Shown one piece after another: positions 1 to 10,384 of a DNA stretch of 43,234 nucleotides (position 1 is its first letter; each line of letters starts with the position of its first letter). The stretch comes from Nitrospirota bacterium (GTDB taxonomy: Bacteria > Nitrospirota > UBA9217): the NCBI GenBank assembly GCA_963741205.1, contig CAVUHW010000040.1:1-43234 (forward strand), read 5' to 3'. Below the pieces are notes generated by a model. That model made no database searches. It saw nothing but the letters and a program-made list of their open reading frames with translations, and had not been told where the DNA came from. The translations under genes and the position numbers were made by a program.

Positions 1-177
1 ACCTACTACTAAACAGGTTCGATAAGCAGCAACGCTGTTTTATTCGGCTTGAAGGTGTTGCCCAATATTTTCTGCCTTTGTGCACCCTCACAATCTCATA
101 AAATACAAATCCCCGTTTTTTTCATGCTCCCCGCCCTTCCGCTTATGAGAAACAAAGCGTGGCATGATTCATGGCTT

Positions 178-2677
<2,500 letters not shown>

Positions 2678-3051
2678 GATTAATCCTTGATCATGATATG
2701 TCGTACGCCGTAATTTTCTTTCCTCTTTAAACAATCTTCGGATGATTAAATTTTAGCGCATTATCTAACTGTTCGTGCTCGTCTACTCATAAACTACGTA
2801 TTTTTCGCGTCAACCAGCATGACGCCAATCCGGTGGCACTGAATTGAAATAACGTTGAAAACCGATACAATTACCACCGGCATAAGCAGCGTATCACTTC
2901 ACGCCTTCAGCACGAGGACTTTCCCGTATTCTATTGAGCCAACTGTTATTACCCCCGCTGTAATTGTCGTCTGCACCTGTTATTTGCTCATGGTTTTTAG
3001 CCAAAGTGCGTTCTTCCGGAGGACATTTTACCACTTATTTTTCCTCAAATC

Positions 3052-3065
3052 ATTTGTATTCAACT
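3052..3065. promoter_or_regulatory. Imperfect ATTTG-N4-CAAAT operator-like site (ATTTG TATT CAACT)
   Basis: One mismatch to the motif seen at five other promoters; lies next to a minus-strand extended -10 (TGGTAAAAT, ~3025-3033) pointing to copA. Confidence 0.5.
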
Positions 3066-3193
3066 TAATTCATCGCCTGTCCTGGCTTATTTCGTAGCAT
3101 ATCCTACACATGATTGCGTCAGTTGATTTATATTCTCTTTTTCATTGATACGGGAATATCATCTTTTCAATGAATTATCATGAATGGCATGGA

Positions 3194-3209
3194 TGGCATG
3201 GCAAATGCA
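3194..3209 (+). promoter_or_regulatory. sigma54 (-24/-12) promoter, copy 1
   Basis: TGGCATGGCAAATGCA = GG-N10-GC, conserved in the paralogous copy at 7529. IHF-like TTTCAATGAATTA at 3165-3177 just upstream. Confidence 0.75.
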
Positions 3210-3320
3210 CTATATATAAGCAAAACAACGAAAGAAGGAAACAAGAATTGTATCTTAGAAGATTAATTTTATTCAGTTGTAGAATTAAGATACTGAAGTA
3301 GCTAAAAAGAGGTGATCGAC

Positions 3321-3344
3321 ATGAAAAAGAAGTTTCCGCCGTAG
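3321..3344 (+). CDS. Putative leader peptide MKKKFPP*
   Basis: Strong SD (AAGAGGTG) upstream; conserved as MKKMFPP* in the second copy. Confidence 0.5.
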   Translation: MKKKFPP

Positions 3345-3416
3345 CAGGTTTCATGATGTCCTATTCCGAAGTGAACAGTTCCATTAAAAAATCTAAAAAA
3401 AGAAAGAGGTATTAAA

Positions 3417-3812
3417 ATGAAAAAGACAATATTATATGTGACAACGATGATGTTCGTCCTTGCTCTTGGAGTTTCCTATGCTGAGGCAGGCAGTAATTTC
3501 GGCAGTAATAAGGCTATCGCAAACACTAACTATGATATCGGTCCTGCAGATGTACCAGCTACGTCGATGGAAGTCACAAACGCCGGTGGGATACGATCGG
3601 TCGAACTAGGCATGGGATTGAATAACGCCGTTACGGACTTCAGCGGTAAGTCCTACGATTCGTTGGCGGACCTCAACGTAGCATCACTCGGTGAAAGACA
3701 GAGTGCAACCGCGGAAGGTTCACATGCCGGCGGGCTGCGATCAGTAGAGAATGGTATTGAGTCCTTTAACGGTGTTACCGACTTCACCGGAAGATCGTAC
3801 GATATCCTTTAG
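3417..3812 (+). CDS. Unknown secreted 131-aa protein with two internal AGG-x-RSVE...N(G/A)VTDF(S/T)G(K/R)SYD repeats (copy 1)
   Basis: SD AAGAGGT, Sec signal ending AEA, paralog at 7754..8149, downstream terminator. Confidence 0.9.
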   Translation: MKKTILYVTTMMFVLALGVSYAEAGSNFGSNKAIANTNYDIGPADVPATSMEVTNAGGIRSVELGMGLNNAVTDFSGKSYDSLADLNVASLGERQSATAEGSHAGGLRSVENGIESFNGVTDFTGRSYDIL

Positions 3813-3877
3813 ACGATCGACTAATAACTGACACCAGCAGAAGTATTAAAAATTTCTCGAGGCTACAGAAATCGAAC

Positions 3878-3910
3878 AAGAGCAGGCTGATTCACTGCCT
3901 GCTCTTTTAT
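3878..3910 (+). terminator. Rho-independent terminator
   Basis: AAGAGCAGGC...GCCTGCTCTT stem followed by T-rich tract. Confidence 0.75.
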
Positions 3911-4143
3911 TATAAATCAGAACCCTTCCGATGATGTTAGGGAAACACCCACCATGCACGGCCCAATGGTTAGTCATGTCATTGACCTAGATTATTAATT
4001 TAGTGATGATAAAATAATCCCTGATACAATCATGCATCCTCCGCACTTTAAGCAGTGCTTATACGGATTCGCCTATCCACGTAAATCCGTAGGTTACCTA
4101 CAGATTACGAAAAAAATATTATTATTCTAAATTCTGTCTCGTT

Positions 4144-5495
4144 CTATTTGAGCCCGAATTTAACCATCCGGTAGATGAGCGTCGGCCTCGTGATGCCCAG
4201 ATATTCCGCTGCGCGAGTCTGGTTGTGGCCGGTCTTCTCGAGGGCCTTGATAATCAGGTTTTTCTCCAGCGCCTCAAGATCGATCCCCTCCTCCGGAAGG
4301 TTCAGCAAGATGCTCTCGATGCTGTTTTTTTCTTTTTTAGCTTGTCCGGCAGGTCGTTCGGCGTCAAGACGTCTCCGCGTCTGAGTACCGACGCCCTCTC
4401 AATGACGCTTTCCAGTTCGCGGACGTTGCCGGGCCATCCATAGGACATCAGCACGTCAAGGGTTTCCTGCTGAACGCTGACGCCGGCATCCTTTGTGAAC
4501 TTCCTCAGAAAATGACTGACGAGGAGCGGGATGTCTTCCCGGCGCTCACGCAGGGGTGGCATGCGCAGGGCTATTACATTGATCCTATCGTAGAGATCCT
4601 CGCGGAACTTTCCTTCCCTGATCAACTGCTCAATGTCCCTGTTCGTTGAGGCGATGATTCGTACATCCACGTGTATGGATTTCGTGCCGCCGACCCGGTC
4701 GACGACCCTTTCCTGGAGGACCCTAAGAATTTTTGCTTGCAGATCGATGCGAAGGTCCCCGATCTCATCGAGGAGCAGCGTTCCTCCGTCTGCAAGCTCG
4801 AACTTGCCTTCCTTGTCCCTTACAGCGCCTGTAAAGGCTCCCTTCGCATGCCCGAAGAGCTCGCTCTCGATCAGGTTCTCGGGGATGGCGGCGCAGTTTA
4901 CCGCTATGAAGGGACCGTCGGTCCGATTGCTGTTGAAATGGACGCCTTTTGCGAGAAGTTCCTTACCCGTCCCCCTCTCCCCCGTGATCAGCACCGTCGC
5001 GTCGCTCGCGGCCACCCGCCCTGCCATGTCGAGCACTTCCCTGGTCTTGGCGCTGCTTCCCACGATACTCTCGAACCGGTACCGGTCGGTGACCACGGCG
5101 CGGAGCTCTACGTTCTCCTTCTCGAGCCGCCGCATCCGGAGCGCCTTATCGAGCGTCATTCGGAGCTCATCGCGGTTAAAAGGCTTGGTTATGTAATCGA
5201 AGGCGCCCTGCCTCATGGCCTCGACGGCGTTCTCGATCGTGCCGTAGGCCGTGATCATGATGACCGGCATACCCGGATCGCGCTCTCGGACCCTAGCCAG
5301 GACCTCCATGCCGTTCATTCCGGGCATGGTGATATCCGTGATCACCGCGTCGAAGGAGCTGTCCTCAAAGAGCCGCAGTCCTTCCTCGCCGCTCGCAGCG
5401 GTCCGCACGCGACTACCGGCCTCGGCTATGCTGAACTCGATGACCCGGCGCAGACTCTCGTCGTCGTCTATGAGGAGGATGGAGGATTTTTTCAT
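4144..5495 (-). CDS. sigma54-dependent NtrC/AtoC-family response regulator (REC + AAA+ + Fis HTH); frameshift in the poly-T run at ~4325-4340
   Basis: Receiver DD...D..MPG, GxxGTGKE, GAFTGA, LLDEIG, WPGNVREL. The HTH tail ALEKTGHNQTRAAEYLGITRPTLIYRMVKFGLK* is in another frame, ending at 4144. Confidence 0.93.
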
Positions 5496-5609
5496 ATTTG
5501 GATCAATGCAACCGCGCCTGCGCCCAGCGTTTACCTGTGCGATAGCGCAAGTGCAGCGTGTTGCTGTAATGAATGTACCGTCGAGGCGAGACGCGCTCCA
5601 TAAGTTTAC

Positions 5610-6713
5610 TCACACCGGTATCTTCACCGTAAAAGTCGCTCCCTTGCCCGGCTCGCTAGCGACATCGATCTTACCGTGGTGGTTCTCGACGATCCTGTAG
5701 GTAATCGCAAGTCCTAGGCCGGTGCCGTTTTTCTTGGTCGTAAAGAAGGGACTGAAGAGCTTCTTCCGGCCTTCTTCCGAGATGCCAACGCCGGTGTCGG
5801 TGATCACTACCACGATCATCCCGTCGCGGAGATCACTCGCGACCCTCAGCGTACCTCCCGTCGGCATTGCCTGGATGGCATTCAGCACCAGGTTCAGGAA
5901 CGCCTGCTTGAGCAGTCCTTCATCGAGGCTGCGCTTCCCGATTGACGGATCGAGCCGCTTCTCGACGTTCACGCCGGCTTTGCGCGCCTCCTGGGCCGTG
6001 AGCGTCAGCACCGCTTCGAGAGACTGGTTCACGTCGGACTGCTGATACTCGGGCTTCTTGGGCCGTGCAAACCCCAAAAACTCCTGCACGATGCAATTCA
6101 GCCGGTCCGTTTCCTTAAACAGTATCTGGATGAACTCGTACTTCGAGTCCTCGGGCGAATAGTCGTCCTTCAGGATCTCGACGGCGCCCTTGATTGCGCC
6201 CAGGGGATTTCTGATCTCGTGAGCCATACCTGCGGACAGCTCGCCAAGCGCAGAAAGCCGGTCGGCGCGTCGGAGCTGCTCTTCGGTCTGGAACAGGACG
6301 TCTGTCTGCTCTTTCAGTTTCCGGTGGGACTCGTCGAGACGGCGCATGGCCTCTTCATTTCGAATCCGCTGGCTGTGCTCCATCTCGCTTAATACGCCAG
6401 TGACGCCGCCGATCAGGAAAAACAGAAACAGTTCCACGTAGTTATAGACACTCAGAAAAGGGTCATGCCAGTGAAGGAATAGGTGCGGCGAAAAAAGTGC
6501 CGCCGATGCCATGGAAACCGACAGACCGCCCTTAGCTCCGTACCAATACGCCCCGAGGATGATCGGCACGATGTAGAGATGGCCGAGCAGGCCATGCAGT
6601 ATGCCCGCCGCCGAGATGCCCACGCTGTAATGGATGATCGAGATGAGCACAAGGAGCCCCGTAAGCATATACGCTCGGAAGCCCCTAATATGGCTGCGAG
6701 GTAATAAGATCAT
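5610..6713 (-). CDS. Sensor histidine kinase with His-rich membrane sensing domain
   Basis: H-box AHEIRNPL, N-box NLVLNAIQA, G-boxes DTGVG and GTGLGL; about four N-terminal TM segments containing several His. Confidence 0.93.
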   Translation of the reverse strand: MILLPRSHIRGFRAYMLTGLLVLISIIHYSVGISAAGILHGLLGHLYIVPIILGAYWYGAKGGLSVSMASAALFSPHLFLHWHDPFLSVYNYVELFLFFLIGGVTGVLSEMEHSQRIRNEEAMRRLDESHRKLKEQTDVLFQTEEQLRRADRLSALGELSAGMAHEIRNPLGAIKGAVEILKDDYSPEDSKYEFIQILFKETDRLNCIVQEFLGFARPKKPEYQQSDVNQSLEAVLTLTAQEARKAGVNVEKRLDPSIGKRSLDEGLLKQAFLNLVLNAIQAMPTGGTLRVASDLRDGMIVVVITDTGVGISEEGRKKLFSPFFTTKKNGTGLGLAITYRIVENHHGKIDVASEPGKGATFTVKIPV

Positions 6714-6851
6714 AAAGTGAATCCGAGGCCCTGAAAACGCGGTGCAGTATCCCCCTCTTGTCCAATTACAAAAGGAGCGATTTTATTTAAATAACACCAG
6801 AGACACAAACAATACCCCCCACTACTTGATCTGGTCTTTGGCGAAATATTG

Positions 6852-7067
6852 TCACTCTTCAATCCGATATCCGAGCTTCTCAATACTGTCCTTCGTGATC
6901 TTCGATAGCTTTTCCTCGTCAATCACTGCTTCGTTGAACTTTACGGCGATCTTCCCGTGCTCCACGTCTATGGAATCAACGCCATCCATCCCGCCGACGA
7001 ACCGTCTCAGTGCAAGCGAGCACTCACCGCATAGATTGTTGCTTACGTTAAATAGAGCTACTTTCAT
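6852..7067 (-). CDS. HMA-domain (CopZ-like) metal chaperone
   Basis: 71 aa, CGEC motif, DGV.SIDV, C-terminal IEKLGY typical of the HMA fold. Confidence 0.8.
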   Translation of the reverse strand: MKVALFNVSNNLCGECSLALRRFVGGMDGVDSIDVEHGKIAVKFNEAVIDEEKLSKITKDSIEKLGYRIEE

Positions 7068-7112
7068 CGGTTTTCCCCTCCACTCTCAACAACACTCAAT
7101 CTATTTTTTGCA

Positions 7113-7346
7113 TTATGATTTCATAATATCATCCTTCATCCGCTCGAAATCTTCTTTTGATATCTCGCCCTTGGCAAATCGTTTCTTCAAAATATCAATA
7201 GGTGTCTCGTTTGCATCTGTCCTCATGTAGCGACTGGTTATTGCCTGAACAATATACAAGAAACCTGCAATAATCAGCACCCCTAAGATGATCATGAAGA
7301 ACCATCCGAATCCCATACCCCATCCGTAATTACCCCAGCTCATCAT
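7113..7346 (-). CDS. SHOCT-domain small membrane protein
   Basis: GWGMGFGW + TM helix + ILKKRFAKGEISKEDFERMK (SHOCT signature); SD AGGAG. Confidence 0.88.
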   Translation of the reverse strand: MMSWGNYGWGMGFGWFFMIILGVLIIAGFLYIVQAITSRYMRTDANETPIDILKKRFAKGEISKEDFERMKDDIMKS

Positions 7347-7384
7347 GCCCTATCTCCTGTTCATTTAATATACCACTTTTGTCA

Positions 7385-7408
7385 TATTAATTTGCATACA
7401 AATTAATA
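7385..7408. promoter_or_regulatory. Perfect palindromic operator TATTAATTTG-CATA-CAAATTAATA
   Basis: 10-bp perfect inverted repeat with 4-bp spacer, overlapping the promoter region of the SHOCT-HMA-HK-RR unit. Confidence 0.75.
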
Positions 7409-7528
7409 CAACTCCCGCGTCGTTTATTTCGAAGCATATCCTACACCTGATTGTATCGTTCGACTCATCTTCTTTTTTTATTGCGACGGGGAATCCGTCT
7501 TTTCAATGAATTACGCGTATGATGCGGA

Positions 7529-7544
7529 TGGCATGGCATATGCA
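7529..7544 (+). promoter_or_regulatory. sigma54 (-24/-12) promoter, copy 2
   Basis: TGGCATGGCATATGCA = GG-N10-GC; IHF-like TTTCAATGAATTA at 7501-7513. Confidence 0.75.
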
Positions 7545-7652
7545 AAATACATTGGCATACAGCGAAAGAGAATATCGTAAATCTTATTTACGTGGATTTT
7601 TTATTAAACTGCCGAACGAAGATACTGAGATAGTAAAAAAGAGGTGATTAAT

Positions 7653-7676
7653 ATGAAAAAGATGTTTCCGCCGTAG
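7653..7676 (+). CDS. Putative leader peptide MKKMFPP*
   Basis: SD AAGAGGTG; paralog of 3321..3344. Confidence 0.5.
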   Translation: MKKMFPP

Positions 7677-7753
7677 AAGTTGTATAAGAACTTTGTCTTA
7701 AGAAAGATGTTCCATTTCAAAACTAAAATCTAATAAAAGAAAGAGGTGCTAAA

Positions 7754-8149
7754 ATGAAAAAGACAATATTATATGCGATAATGATGATGTTGGTCCTTGC
7801 TCTTGGAGTTGCCTATGCTGAGGCAGCCAGTAATTTCGGCAGTAATGAGGCGATCCCAAACACTAACTACGATATCGGCCCTGCAGATGTACCAGCCACT
7901 TTAGTGGAAGGCGCGAACGCCGGTGTGATACAATCGGCCGGACTAGGCATGGAATTGACTAATGGAGTTACGGACTTCAGCGGTAAGTCCTATGAATCGT
8001 TAGAGGACATCAGCGTGGCATCACTTGGTGAAAAACAGAGTGCAACGGCGGAAGGTTCACATGCCGGCGGTCTGCGATCGGTAGAGCCCGGCGTTGGATC
8101 CTTTAATGGTGTTACCGACTTCACCGGCAGATCGTATGATATCCTGTAG
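7754..8149 (+). CDS. Unknown secreted 131-aa repeat protein (copy 2)
   Basis: Colinear, same-length paralog of 3417..3812 with the same signal peptide and repeats. Confidence 0.9.
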   Translation: MKKTILYAIMMMLVLALGVAYAEAASNFGSNEAIPNTNYDIGPADVPATLVEGANAGVIQSAGLGMELTNGVTDFSGKSYESLEDISVASLGEKQSATAEGSHAGGLRSVEPGVGSFNGVTDFTGRSYDIL

Positions 8150-8207
8150 GTGATCGTTTAACATACTCCTGTGGAAATGCTGACGGGTCCTCGGGTTCAT
8201 TGGGAAC

Positions 8208-8245
8208 AATAGAAAGCGGGCTGTCACCAGCCCGCTTTCTATTTT
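8208..8245. terminator. Likely bidirectional Rho-independent terminator
   Basis: AATAGAAAGCGGGCTG-TCAC-CAGCCCGCTTTCTATT perfect stem between convergent genes. Confidence 0.8.
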
Positions 8246-8383
8246 AAGTGAGCAGCATCTGATAATGTCGGGAAACACTGCCCCTTGCGCAACCTCTCCT
8301 GCCGTTCTTCTTCGCTATTTCAGCATTGCCAGATACCGCATTGTTCCATTTGGTCTGCATTTAAACACAGTCCAGGAATCACT

Positions 8384-8835
8384 TCATTTCATCATTCCTT
8401 CCTTCATCTTCTTGCCTTTATCCATCATCATTTGGCCTTCTTTCATCATCATTTCTCCCTTTTTCATCATCGTGTCCTTGTTCATCTTGCCTTCCTTCAT
8501 CATCTTTCCGTTCTTCATCATCATCTTTCCAGCATTCATCATCTTGTCGTCCTTCATCATCTTGCCTTTATCCATCATCATTTCGCCTTCTTTCATCATC
8601 ATTTCGCCCTCTTTCATCATCGTGTCCTTATCCATCTTGCCTTCCTTCATCATTTTGCCCTTGTCCATCATCATTTGCCCCTTTTCCATCATCATATCGC
8701 CGTCATGTCGCCATGTTTCATCATCATATCTTTGTCCATCATCTTTTCTGCTGCCTGTACGAAATTGACCCCTATTGAGAGCATCAGGACTATGGTGGAG
8801 ACAATTACTGTAGCTAATACAAATATCTTTTTCAT
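8384..8835 (-). CDS. Secreted Met/Lys-rich low-complexity protein (MXKDX-like repeats); frameshift at ~8700
   Basis: SD AGGAGG, signal MKKIFVLATVIVSTIVLMLSIGVNFVQA, then MMDKDMMMKHGDM, then frame change into (GxMMMK/DK)n repeats. Confidence 0.85.
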
Positions 8836-9249
8836 GGTAAATCCTCCTTTTGTTATTTACGAATTCTAAGGTTTGGTTTTAAAAATATCCCATAGATATC
8901 TCGGGATATAACTCTTGCGACTTTATCGCACTGTTCCTGATAGGTCTTTACGCCGTAGACTATGCTCTCACCTCCCCTCTGTCGATTATTTTTAATTACC
9001 GCCCTATCAGAAATTGTATCGATAGATTCTATTTAGAATGCGCAATTTGCAAATCTCACTGAACACAACCTTATCTGCCAATGAACTGCTCCGGACCGGA
9101 GAGCACCGCGGCCTTGATCCCTTGATCCTGAGAACGCCGTGCTCCCCGATGACATGGCCGAACGTATTAAGAACCTGACGCAGTGAGCCCCTTCGATTTA
9201 AACGAAATCAGGGCATGTCCATCTCCTGATATCGCAACCCACAATCTCT

Positions 9250-10288
9250 TCAATCATGATAACCCAGTCTGTGACTCTCGATATCAATATAGGTGAGCAC
9301 ATCCTTAATTTCTTCTTTATTCAACCCCAGATTGGGCATCGGCAGATCGTGGTACTCGGCCAATAAGGCCTTGGCGATGGGGTCTTTCTCTCTCAACATC
9401 TTGTCCGGCTCGGCCATCCAGCGGGTGAGCCAGGCCCGGTCACGCTTGTGGGTCACACCCAACAGGTCCGGCCCTAAAGGCCGCTTCTCGGCACGTTCTG
9501 CAGCCGTCATCACCGATCGTGTGGCAGGAGGCACAGCGGGTTCTGAAAAGTTCTTCTCCTTTGGAGATGTTTCGCACCTCGGGGGCCTCTGCATAATCTC
9601 TTTTCTCTTTTGGCGGCATCTTCCAGTTCTGCAACCAACTGCCTAACTGCGTGGCTAGGACGTAGGGGTTTTCAAAGGGTGACAGCTTCATCCACTGCCC
9701 CGTTGCCTGATTGCCGACGATGAAACTCAGGTTGTGGTCCTTAATGTTGTCGCCCTCCTCTTCGCTGTACAGGCCGAGTTTCGTGCGGATCAGTTTGATG
9801 TCGGCGTCCTTCCCGGTCAGAAACAGCCAGCCCGGGCCGATCTGGAATCTTTTTGCGTATTTTCTTAGGACTTTCACGGTATCATGCTTCGGATCTATCG
9901 TGATTGAATACAGAAAAACATCGCGACCGACCCGGTCCCCCAGTATCCTCTGAACCTCGCGAAGTCTCGCCGTCTCGAGGGCGCAGGCATCCGGACAATT
10001 CGTATAAATGAAGTTGAGCGCTACAACCTTGCCTTTTATGACATCAGTAAAGAACCGGACCTTCTTTCCTTCATGGGTGGTGAGTTGGACATCGGGGAAG
10101 TAGTCCGCGCCCCACATCGATCCGCCCGTTTCGTCGGCAATGGCGGGGCCCGCCGGGAAAATCACAATAGCTCCGATGAGCAATAATATGGCAGTAACTG
10201 CATGGATCGAGTTGCCGGTGTAATTTTTGCATAATTTCTCCCAAAATTCCCCTCCTCCCATCCCTCTCCCGCAGGGTAAGAGCTGCAT
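9250..10288 (-). CDS. SCO1/SenC copper chaperone fused to a monoheme cytochrome c; frameshift at ~9490-9510; start codon uncertain
   Basis: FIYTNCPDAC (CxxxC), SITIDP.HDT, conserved His; then CASCHTIG and, in the next frame, GPDLLGVT...W...MPNLGL. Confidence 0.88.
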
Positions 10289-10341
10289 TTGCAGCCACTC
10301 TGAGTGGATGGGTTGAGAAGGATGATGTTCCTAGTATACAC

Positions 10342-10369
10342 AAAAAAAAGGGGCCGTTTTTCGGCCCCT
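10342..10369 (-). terminator. Rho-independent terminator after the multicopper oxidase
   Basis: GGGGCCG/CGGCCCC stem next to an A8 run on the + strand. Confidence 0.65.
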
Positions 10370-10384
10370 CGCGATCAGTTGCCG

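Noticed and set aside
4060-4110. TACGGATT/AATCCGTA inverted repeat downstream of the response regulator
   Set aside because: Single short stem seen once; at most a weak terminator.
8384-8720. Tandem repeats as a possible CRISPR or non-coding array
   Set aside because: Degenerate codon-phase repeats with no unique spacers and no cas genes.
8265-8869. His-rich (194 aa) and Ile/Phe/Ser-rich (167 aa) plus-strand ORFs
   Set aside because: Antisense shadows of the ATG-rich Met protein (CAT/ATC/TCA repeats). The minus strand has the SD and signal peptide.
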